Source of the DNA: Spirochaetota bacterium
GTDB lineage: Bacteria > Spirochaetota > UBA4802 > UBA5550
Direction of reading: 5' to 3'
DNA length: 64,000 nucleotides
Assembly (NCBI GenBank): GCA_016929135.1
Contig: JAFGJK010000156.1
Span: 63,337-127,336 of the forward strand
In this document: piece after piece, positions 33,335 through 41,397 of the stretch
Position numbering within the stretch: the stretch's first letter is position 1
Layout: every line of letters starts with the position of its first letter
Position numbers and translations under genes: made by a program
The notes under the pieces: model-generated
Seen by the model: only the letters and a program-made list of their open reading frames with translations
Database searches by the model: none
What the model was told of the DNA's origin: nothing

Positions 33335-34717
33335 ATGAAATATTTCTTTGCCGTCACATTGATATCGGCCGCCATCACGGCAGTTCTCATCCAGCCTGCG
33401 CTATCCCAAAACGCCAAGGTAGACAGCATCCACTCCTTCAAGAAACGCACCACCATTGAGGAGTGCATTGACATAGCGATGCAGCACCATCCCGATATCA
33501 AGGTGTCACAGGAAGACAAAAAGATCGCCATGTCAAAGTACAGGTTTTCCAAGGCGGCGAACAAGATTCTAATCAACGGAGAGGTCAAAACCATCGAGTA
33601 TCTTACCTCCACGTCATCCACTGGTGATACCACATTCACGATTACCGGTCAGGACACATCCGTGGCACTCTTTGTCGGTTTTTCCGCATCATACACAATA
33701 TTCGATGCCAACAAGAGAAGGAATGAAGAGAGCGCCCGAATCGGGCTCGATCTTGCGAAGTCGCAATCCCAGAAAACCATCAACGAGATCGTGCTGAACG
33801 TCAAGAGATCGTACTATATGTATCTCATGGCTGAAGAAAACCTGAAACTGCGAAGCGAGATTCTCAACAAATACCAGGAGAAGCTGAAGCTCTCCCGGAT
33901 GTTGTTCAACAGCGGGCAGAGGCCGATCCTCGACGTGAGTAAGGCAGAGGTCTCTTTCTCCGAGGCGCAGTTGGAATTCGAAAAGGCAAAAAATAATAAA
34001 CGAATGATGAAATCGCAGCTCTTTTCCGCAATGGGAATCGATGAGGCGACAGACGACATAGAGCTCATGGATTACGATGAACTGCCCGAGCTGAAGTACT
34101 CGGTGGACGACCTGTATAAGCTCGGAGAGCTCTATTACCCCGATATCCTGATTATCAACACGCAGAAGCGGATAAATAAATACAAAATCGAAATCGAAAG
34201 AGCCAAGAGATATCCCACAGTGAATATGTACTTTTCCCTCAGCTACCAGAATAATGGAATATGGGCAAATAATCAGTTCGGCGAGCTGATACCGGGCCAC
34301 TGGACTCCCACGTTCAACGGCGCGTTCCAGGCGAAGATGCCGATATATGACGGCGGCGCGATCAGCGCACTCGTCGATTCGGCGCGAAGCGAGTATAATA
34401 AAACGATCTTCCAGGAACGAGAAATCATAATGAAAATGAAAAACGAGATACGCTCCAATTGCGACTCACTGAATGAGTTGATGAAGCAGATAAAAATGTC
34501 ACGTCTCGTTATTGAGAATGCAGAGAAGCATTTCACCCTTGCACAGAGGAGCTACGAAACTGGAGCCGGCTCCCAGCTGGACATGCAGGATGCGCAGGTC
34601 AGCGTGATCAATGCTAAGATCGGATTTATCACCGCGAAATATACCTACCTCAACACTCTATCCAAGCTCTCAGCAACCGTCGGCTTAGGAGAAGTATACC
34701 TATGCAAAAGAAAATAG
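33335..34717 (+). CDS. TolC family outer-membrane efflux protein
   Basis: Signal peptide, TIEECIDIAMQHHPDI, duplicated OEP pattern, MPIYDGG, YETGAGSQLDMQDAQ. Confidence 0.9.
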   Translation: MKYFFAVTLISAAITAVLIQPALSQNAKVDSIHSFKKRTTIEECIDIAMQHHPDIKVSQEDKKIAMSKYRFSKAANKILINGEVKTIEYLTSTSSTGDTTFTITGQDTSVALFVGFSASYTIFDANKRRNEESARIGLDLAKSQSQKTINEIVLNVKRSYYMYLMAEENLKLRSEILNKYQEKLKLSRMLFNSGQRPILDVSKAEVSFSEAQLEFEKAKNNKRMMKSQLFSAMGIDEATDDIELMDYDELPELKYSVDDLYKLGELYYPDILIINTQKRINKYKIEIERAKRYPTVNMYFSLSYQNNGIWANNQFGELIPGHWTPTFNGAFQAKMPIYDGGAISALVDSARSEYNKTIFQEREIIMKMKNEIRSNCDSLNELMKQIKMSRLVIENAEKHFTLAQRSYETGAGSQLDMQDAQVSVINAKIGFITAKYTYLNTLSKLSATVGLGEVYLCKRK

Positions 34718-35811
34718 ATTTAAAAAAGATTACCATCGCATCAATCATAATTGCGGCCGTGATCATTATGATTGTAATCATACGTTCCTGTGGCACCTCG
34801 GGAAACCAGCAATTTGAATTTGCCAAGGCGACAATCGGCAGAGTGAAGAGAACCATCTCCGTTACTGGCGTCATTGAAGTGAAGGAGTCACAAAGGGTTC
34901 TGAGCAAAATGTCAGGAATCGTCAATCGTGTCTACGTAGACTTTAATGACGCCGTCAGAAGGGGGCAGATACTGGCAACCATTGACTCAATTGAGATCGA
35001 CCAGAAGTTGATGAAACTGGCATCACAATTGGAAAGCGTAAACCTTGAGCTTGACATCGCGAGGGAGGAACTTGCCGGCAAGAAGAGCCTGTTCAAAGAG
35101 AACCTAATCTCGAAAACGGCGATGCAGAAGGCGGAACTGGACTACAAATCCGTCATGATGAAGCATAAACAGGTACAGCTCGACTACAATCTCGCACTCA
35201 AACAAAAGGATAACACGAGAATAGCATCCCCCCTGAGCGGGATCGTCATCTCTAGAGAAATCGATGAAAACATCCCAACCGATATAACCAAAACACTCTT
35301 CGTCGTCGCACCGAGTCTTCGAGATATGAGGCTCCTCATCAGCGTCGACGAGTCCGATATCGGGATAATCAGGAAGGACCAGGTGGTGAACTTCACGGTC
35401 AGTGCCTATCCGGACGAGAAGTTCGAGGGAAAAATCGGCCAGATTCGCATCAATCCAATTCCGAAGGGAGGTCTGGTCTCCTACCAGTCGATCGTTGTGT
35501 GCGACAACAACAGGATGCTCCTGAAACCCGGAATGACCGCGACTGCCACCATTGTCGTCAACGATAAGGACAAAACGCTCTGTGTCCCGAACCAGGCATT
35601 CTACGTATCACCAATTGACATGGAATACGAGAGCGGCAAGAAATTCCTCTGGGTCAAGACCAATAGACTGGTCAATGGCCTCCCCATGACGCGAATTGAG
35701 GTGGAAACGGGCATTCGTGGGGACCTGTTCACCGAGGTGACGAAGAACCTCAAAGCCGGCGACGAGGTCCTCGTAAAGGTAACTAAAAAGGACAGCAACG
35801 GATCGAAATAG
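34702..35811 (+). CDS. MacA-like periplasmic adaptor (MFP) subunit
   Basis: N-terminal TM, SKMSGIV..VDFND.V..GQILA, IASPLSGIVI, VDESDIG, LKPGMTA. Confidence 0.9.
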   Translation: MQKKIDLKKITIASIIIAAVIIMIVIIRSCGTSGNQQFEFAKATIGRVKRTISVTGVIEVKESQRVLSKMSGIVNRVYVDFNDAVRRGQILATIDSIEIDQKLMKLASQLESVNLELDIAREELAGKKSLFKENLISKTAMQKAELDYKSVMMKHKQVQLDYNLALKQKDNTRIASPLSGIVISREIDENIPTDITKTLFVVAPSLRDMRLLISVDESDIGIIRKDQVVNFTVSAYPDEKFEGKIGQIRINPIPKGGLVSYQSIVVCDNNRMLLKPGMTATATIVVNDKDKTLCVPNQAFYVSPIDMEYESGKKFLWVKTNRLVNGLPMTRIEVETGIRGDLFTEVTKNLKAGDEVLVKVTKKDSNGSK

Positions 35812-35815
35812 AGGC

Positions 35816-36556
35816 ATGAAGACGATTATCGAGATAAAGGACCTTTACAAGATCTTCAAACTCAGTGAAGAGGTGAGTGTGAAGGCCCTGAACGGCGTCT
35901 CGCTCAGTATACAGCGGGGGGAATACATCTCCATCATGGGAAGCTCAGGATCCGGAAAGTCCACATTCATGAATATTCTCGGATTCCTCGATACGCCGAC
36001 ATCCGGCACCTATTTCCTCGACGGCATCAACGGAGGATCGCTGCTCAAGGATGAGAAGGCCGAGATCAGGAACCGAAAGATCGGATTTGTATTCCAGGGC
36101 TTCAACCTTCTTGCACGGACATCGGCGCTGGAGAATGTGGAGCTCCCCCTGTTCTACAGGGGCGGGATAAGCGCCAGAGAACAGAGCGAGAAGGCGAAAA
36201 GCCTTTTAGCGATGGTAGGCCTTTCCGGCAGGGAGGAACACTATCCGAACAGGCTTTCCGGGGGTGAGCAGCAGCGTGTCGCTATCGCTAGGGCCCTCAT
36301 AAACGATCCGGCGATAATACTCGCCGATGAACCCACAGGAAACCTGGACACAAAGAATACCGAAGAGGTCATGAAGCTCTTTACCCGCCTTAACGACGAG
36401 CTGGGTATAACGATCATCATGGTCACCCATGAGCCGGATGTCGCCGCGTACACCAACAGGAAGGTCGTATTCCGCGACGGCATTATAATCGAGGATACGA
36501 AAGTATCCCATACCGCTAAATCCACGGCAAAAAAGGCCGCCAAGAAAAGGGGGTGA
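35816..36556 (+). CDS. MacB/LolD-type ABC transporter ATP-binding protein
   Basis: GSSGSGKS, IGFVFQGFNL, LSGGEQQRVAIARAL, ADEPTGNLD, VTH. Confidence 0.93.
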   Translation: MKTIIEIKDLYKIFKLSEEVSVKALNGVSLSIQRGEYISIMGSSGSGKSTFMNILGFLDTPTSGTYFLDGINGGSLLKDEKAEIRNRKIGFVFQGFNLLARTSALENVELPLFYRGGISAREQSEKAKSLLAMVGLSGREEHYPNRLSGGEQQRVAIARALINDPAIILADEPTGNLDTKNTEEVMKLFTRLNDELGITIIMVTHEPDVAAYTNRKVVFRDGIIIEDTKVSHTAKSTAKKAAKKRG

Positions 36557-36640
36557 CCAGGCGTAGATACAACCACTTTCACGACTCCCGATATTTTTTT
36601 GCTAAAAAGCAAAAAAAAATCAAGAAACCACCCCCATTTT

Positions 36641-36668
36641 TAAAGACATAATTCCACGAAACCGATAT
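36641..36668 (+). promoter_or_regulatory. Putative sigma28 (FliA)-type promoter upstream of xerD
   Basis: TAAA-16 nt-ACCGATAT. Confidence 0.45.
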
Positions 36669-36760
36669 ATACATTGAAATCACACGTAATATTGTAACTA
36701 ACCTGGTAGATTAATTACATTTAGAGTAGGGGCGGAGTTGTCGGATACAAGGAGTCCCAT

Positions 36761-37654
36761 GTGAAAGAATTACAAGCTATCAAGCGGTTTAAGAAGTTTC
36801 TACAGGTAGAAAAAGGACTTTCGCCCAATTCCATCTACTCCTATACCTATGATTTAAAGAAATTCAGCGAATTCCTTCTTTCAAAAAACAAGACGATCCT
36901 GAATGCCACGCAGGACGATATCCAGCAGTTCCTCATGTTCGAGAAGATCAGCAAAAAAAACTCCAGCCGCACTCAGGCACGGTCCCTTGCGGCAATACGC
37001 CAATTTTACAACTTTATATCTGATAAATTCGATAACATCGACAACCCAACTGTCAAGATCGAATCTCCGCACATCGAGAAGACACTCCCGGATTTCCTGA
37101 CGATCCAGGAGGTGAACAGGCTCTTCGGGTCGATTTCTGAGAACGACCTGTTCGAACTGAGAGACAAGGCAATCTTTGAGCTGCTCTATTCGTGCGGTCT
37201 GAGGATATCCGAGGCGATCGAGATACTCCATTCAAATGTTGACTTCGATGGATCATACATCAAGGTGACAGGGAAGGGGAACAAGGAGCGGATAGTCCCC
37301 TTCGGTGAGGAGGCCACCAGACTCTTAAAGAAGTACATCTTCGAATCGAGACCGGGAATTCTGGGCAGCAGAGAGAGCGATTACCTGTTCATCAGCAAAA
37401 AGGGATCCAAGCTCAACAGGAAATCCGTGTGGAGGCTTCTCAAGAATTACGTGATGAGGACCAAGATCAATAAGAACATCACCCCGCACACACTGCGGCA
37501 TTCATTTGCGACCCATCTGATTGAAAACGGGGCGGATCTGAGATCGGTGCAGGAACTCCTCGGTCATGTGGACATCTCGACCACTCAGATATACACGCAT
37601 CTGGCCAAGAAGAAGCTGCAGGACATCCACAAGGATTTCCATCCCAAGGGTTGA
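36761..37654 (+). CDS. xerD: Site-specific tyrosine recombinase XerD
   Basis: RDKAIFELLYSCGLRISE, GKGNKERIVP, TPHTLRHSFATHL..GADLRSVQELLGH.DISTTQIYTH. Confidence 0.9.
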   Translation: MKELQAIKRFKKFLQVEKGLSPNSIYSYTYDLKKFSEFLLSKNKTILNATQDDIQQFLMFEKISKKNSSRTQARSLAAIRQFYNFISDKFDNIDNPTVKIESPHIEKTLPDFLTIQEVNRLFGSISENDLFELRDKAIFELLYSCGLRISEAIEILHSNVDFDGSYIKVTGKGNKERIVPFGEEATRLLKKYIFESRPGILGSRESDYLFISKKGSKLNRKSVWRLLKNYVMRTKINKNITPHTLRHSFATHLIENGADLRSVQELLGHVDISTTQIYTHLAKKKLQDIHKDFHPKG

Positions 37655-37668
37655 CAGACAGGAGCGAC

Positions 37669-38835
37669 ATGAGTCCGAGGCATGCATTCCCATACCTCAT
37701 GGCGCTGTTGCTGTTCTCCTCCTGTGTCCCTCCTGCCGGACACATCGTAAGGAGGGGGAGTGATGCCGGCATAGACAGCCAGCCTATACGTGTTCTGGTA
37801 CTTCATTCGAAATCACCGGTGGTGGTCTATTCGGCCAAGAGGATGAAGTTACGGACCCTTCGTGGCTCCAAAATGCTTCTGGATACGGAGCATCGAAGGA
37901 TCACGCTGAATCCCGAAAAAATCCACACACCGCTGGTGATCGAATCATGGGATTCCCCCATTGAGGTGAACCGGAAGGCCTACCGTGGCACCCTTGAAAT
38001 CCACAATGTGCTCGGCAGTATCGACGTGATAAACATTGTTTCCCTGGGGGATTACCTGAAGAGCGTCGTCCCCTCCGAGATACCCTCGGACTGGAACAGG
38101 GAGGCGCTGAAGGTCCAGGCAATCGCATCAAGGACCTATGCCTGTTATCATATCCTGCACAGCAGAAGCAAGCGTCTCTTCGATCTTGATGCCACCACCA
38201 GTTTTCAAGTATACAAGGGACTATCATCGGAAAAACAGACCACCAGTGACGCCGTCGAAGAGACCTCCGGTATGGTGGTGACCTATAGGGGGGACCCGAT
38301 CCTTGCGTACTTTCATTCAACCTGTGGCGGCAGGACGGCGAACGACAGTGACGTATGGTCCGGCTCCGATCACCCCTATCTCGCGGGCATTGACTGCCCC
38401 TACTGTGCGGCATCACCCCATTTCAGATGGCAGACTCAGCTTTCCCTTGCCGATATCAGAAAATCGCTCCAGAGAAACAGCAGGTTCACTGGGACAATCA
38501 GGTCCATCGCCTTCAGAAGTCACGACGGAAGGGTCACCTCGGTAACGGTCCGGCATTCCCAGGGTACCTGCACGATGACGGGAAATGAATTCCGGCTCCT
38601 CGTCAATCCCGATACGTTGAAGAGCACCAGTTTCCATTCAAAAAAAAGCGGGGGAGGGCTGCAGCTCAGCGGGAAGGGGTGGGGGCATGGAGTCGGCCTC
38701 TGCCAATGGGGTGCCAGGGGCATGGCGGAAAATGGCAAGAGCTACAAAAAAATCTTGCAGTACTACTATAGGGACGGCAGGATTGAACGAATGCGGGGCC
38801 CCATACAGTCATCACCACAGCCATCGCATCTCTGA
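37669..38835 (+). CDS. SpoIID/LytB domain lipoprotein (peptidoglycan lytic transglycosylase-like)
   Basis: Lipobox-like LFSSC; YLKSVVPSE, EALKVQAIASRTY, FHSTCGG, GWGHGVGLCQWGA. Confidence 0.9.
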   Translation: MSPRHAFPYLMALLLFSSCVPPAGHIVRRGSDAGIDSQPIRVLVLHSKSPVVVYSAKRMKLRTLRGSKMLLDTEHRRITLNPEKIHTPLVIESWDSPIEVNRKAYRGTLEIHNVLGSIDVINIVSLGDYLKSVVPSEIPSDWNREALKVQAIASRTYACYHILHSRSKRLFDLDATTSFQVYKGLSSEKQTTSDAVEETSGMVVTYRGDPILAYFHSTCGGRTANDSDVWSGSDHPYLAGIDCPYCAASPHFRWQTQLSLADIRKSLQRNSRFTGTIRSIAFRSHDGRVTSVTVRHSQGTCTMTGNEFRLLVNPDTLKSTSFHSKKSGGGLQLSGKGWGHGVGLCQWGARGMAENGKSYKKILQYYYRDGRIERMRGPIQSSPQPSHL

Positions 38836-38838
38836 TAC

Positions 38839-39879
38839 ATGCCACGCTCCAAATACTCTCTTGAAGATTTCGATTTTTCACTCCCTGAGGATCTCATCGC
38901 GCAATACCCTTCTCCACAGAGGGACGAATCCCGCCTCTTCGTCCTGCACAGGGACACGAACCGCAACGAGCACCGTCTCTTCAGGGAAATCCCCACACTC
39001 CTCAGAGCCGGTGACGTGCTCGTTTTCAACGATTCACGGGTGATACCGGCCCGCATCTTCTGTACAAGGGAAACAGGGGGGAGGATGGAGCTCCTTCTGA
39101 CCGACAGGGAGGACGATTTCCGGTGGACCGCCCTGTGCAGCAGGAAGAAGCGTCTCAGGACCGGCGAGATCATACATCCCGAGGAAAGACCGGAGGTCGG
39201 ATTTCATATTACCGGCAAGAAGGGGGATGCCATCCAGTTCGTCTCCTCGGTCCCCCTCTCCGAGGACAATCTCGAACTGCTGGGGAACGTCCCGCTCCCA
39301 CCCTATATCCGCCGTCCGGCCGAACCGGGGGACAGGGAACGCTACCAAACCGTCTTCGCCGATGCGGCGGGATCGGTCGCCGCTCCCACCGCGGGACTTC
39401 ACTTCACCGCTGAGCTGATGTCGACGATTCAGGGGATGGGGATTGAGACCGTATTCCTGACTCTGGGTGTATCATGGGGAACCTTTCTCCCCGTAAGGGA
39501 GGGCAATCTCGAAGAGGGACGGCTGCATTCCGAGCGATACGCCCTGACTGAGGATGCGGCGCAACGCATCAACAGTGCACGTGATAGCGGCGGGAGAGTG
39601 ATCGCGGTGGGGACCACATCGCTCCGTGTTCTGGAAACGACCTTTGCCGGCGGTCACAACCGTGCCGGTAGCGGTACAACGGACATTTTCATACATCCCC
39701 CGTACTCAGTACAATCCGCCGATGCCATGATCACTAACTTTCACACGCCGCGCTCTTCGCTGCTGATGCTCGTATCCGCCTTCGCAGGCTACGAGAGGCT
39801 CATGAAGGCCTATGAAGAGGCAGTAGAACTCCGTTACCGTTTTTTTTCCTACGGCGACGCCATGTTCATCACCCCGTAA
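38839..39879 (+). CDS. queA: SAM:tRNA ribosyltransferase-isomerase
   Basis: FDFSLPEDLIAQYP, PLPPYI, YQTVFA..GSVAAPTAGLHFT, TNFHTP, YRFFSYGDAM. Confidence 0.96.
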   Translation: MPRSKYSLEDFDFSLPEDLIAQYPSPQRDESRLFVLHRDTNRNEHRLFREIPTLLRAGDVLVFNDSRVIPARIFCTRETGGRMELLLTDREDDFRWTALCSRKKRLRTGEIIHPEERPEVGFHITGKKGDAIQFVSSVPLSEDNLELLGNVPLPPYIRRPAEPGDRERYQTVFADAAGSVAAPTAGLHFTAELMSTIQGMGIETVFLTLGVSWGTFLPVREGNLEEGRLHSERYALTEDAAQRINSARDSGGRVIAVGTTSLRVLETTFAGGHNRAGSGTTDIFIHPPYSVQSADAMITNFHTPRSSLLMLVSAFAGYERLMKAYEEAVELRYRFFSYGDAMFITP

Positions 39880-39882
39880 ATT

Positions 39883-39910
39883 TACACATCAGCACCACCG
39901 AGGCCGATAA
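39883..39910 (+). promoter_or_regulatory. Putative sigma28-type promoter upstream of the zinc-ribbon gene
   Basis: TACA-16 nt-GCCGATAA (consensus -10). Confidence 0.45.
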
Positions 39911-39981
39911 CTGCTTGACAAAAAAAGGAGTGGCGATGGTTACTTATTGGATATTATGTCCACCGGGAATACTGTAAACCC

Positions 39982-40686
39982 ATGAAAGCAGAAATCGAGA
40001 CCATGATCGAGCTCCAGGGATATTGGGACGAGGTGTTGAAGGCGCTGAACGAGATAGAACGTCGCCAGCGATCCATCGCCTTCTGGGGGGACTCCCTGAG
40101 AGAGAAAGAGGCCAACGAGGCATCTCTGAAGGAGATGATCAAGCAGGGGAAAGGGACGCTCATGTCCATGGAGCTCCGGCTGAATGAAACGGAAAGCAAG
40201 ATAAAGAAGCTGGAGGAGAGGAAAAAGACGGTACAGACAGAGCGGGAGCTTGCAGCGGTGACGGGGGAACTGGACCTGCTGTATAAAACGAGAGATACCG
40301 TTGAGGATGAAAGCCTTGCCCTGATGGACACGCTGGATGAAAGAGAAAAGGCACTGGAGGCCGCATCCAGGGAACTTCAGGAATCACAGGTTCAGGTGGC
40401 CAGTGACATCGAATCGCTTCAGAGAGAGATCGCCTCGTTCGATGCAGTGAGAAAAGAGAAAGAGGAGCGATTCCACACTCTATCAGAGAAACTGCCGGTA
40501 TCGGTGAAATCGAAATTCCTGCGGCTAATACAGTCAAAGGAGGGACGTGCTATCGGCGAGGTCAGAGATGAGATATGCACCTCATGCAATTTCAGGATAC
40601 CGCCGTCACTGGCGCAGGAGTCCTTAAGGGGCGCAACGGTCTGCGTCTGTACAAATTGCGGCAGGTTTATTTTTAGCAGGTCATGA
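39982..40686 (+). CDS. Coiled-coil C4 zinc-ribbon protein (DUF164; FlgZ/CdsZ-like)
   Basis: Long coiled coil followed by CTSC..CTNCGRFI. Confidence 0.88.
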   Translation: MKAEIETMIELQGYWDEVLKALNEIERRQRSIAFWGDSLREKEANEASLKEMIKQGKGTLMSMELRLNETESKIKKLEERKKTVQTERELAAVTGELDLLYKTRDTVEDESLALMDTLDEREKALEAASRELQESQVQVASDIESLQREIASFDAVRKEKEERFHTLSEKLPVSVKSKFLRLIQSKEGRAIGEVRDEICTSCNFRIPPSLAQESLRGATVCVCTNCGRFIFSRS

Positions 40687-40734
40687 TTTTATTGTCGTGA
40701 CCGCCCGATCGTTCATTATATTAAGGAATTGATT

Positions 40735-41397
40735 ATGCTACTCAGTATCGACAGGGTTCTCCAACTGCTGATCGAGGATAAAACCCTCGATAAGATCGCC
40801 GAGCTCGCTGACTGCACGGTAGACGACGTGAAGCATGTGCTCGAAGAATCCAGACATCTCCTTCAGAAGCACGAAAAGGATCATGCAAGGAAGAAGATAA
40901 TTCTGAAGAAGCACCGTGACGACAGCGCGGAGGGGACCGAGGAGGTCGCGAGGGAAATTTTCGAGGGGGCAGAGCTCTCGGCGGTACCCCTCGGCTCGGT
41001 GCTCACTATATATATCGACGGCGCCTCCAGGGGGAATCCTGGGCCTTCCGGAATCGGCATTGTTATCCTTGACAGCGATGACAGACAGGTGGGGAAGGTG
41101 TCGGCGAGAATCGGGTTCGGAACGAACAATACGGCCGAGTACCAGGCATTGATCCGTGCCCTCAGGATCGCTATTTACTTCGAGACAAAACGGCTGAAGA
41201 TCCGCACCGATTCGGAACTCATCGTCAAACAGATCGACGGCAGCTACAGCGTCAAGAACGAGGCGATCAAGAAGCTCTACGCCACTGCGATTGGACTGAT
41301 GAAACAGATCCCCCATTGCAGGATCGAACACGTCACCAGGAGCCTGAACGACAAGGCCGACTACCTGGCGAAAAAGGCGACAGACCCATATCCATGA
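40735..41397 (+). CDS. rnhA: Ribonuclease HI family protein with N-terminal extension
   Basis: YIDGASRGNPG, TNNTAEY, TDSELIV, NDKADYLA. Confidence 0.9.
   Translation: MLLSIDRVLQLLIEDKTLDKIAELADCTVDDVKHVLEESRHLLQKHEKDHARKKIILKKHRDDSAEGTEEVAREIFEGAELSAVPLGSVLTIYIDGASRGNPGPSGIGIVILDSDDRQVGKVSARIGFGTNNTAEYQALIRALRIAIYFETKRLKIRTDSELIVKQIDGSYSVKNEAIKKLYATAIGLMKQIPHCRIEHVTRSLNDKADYLAKKATDPYP

Noticed and set aside
33052..37654. Genomic island: tRNA pair, AT-richer efflux genes and a tyrosine recombinase
   Set aside because: The recombinase has XerD signature motifs and runs directly into spoIID-queA. The block lies at the tRNA 5' side and no att repeat was seen.
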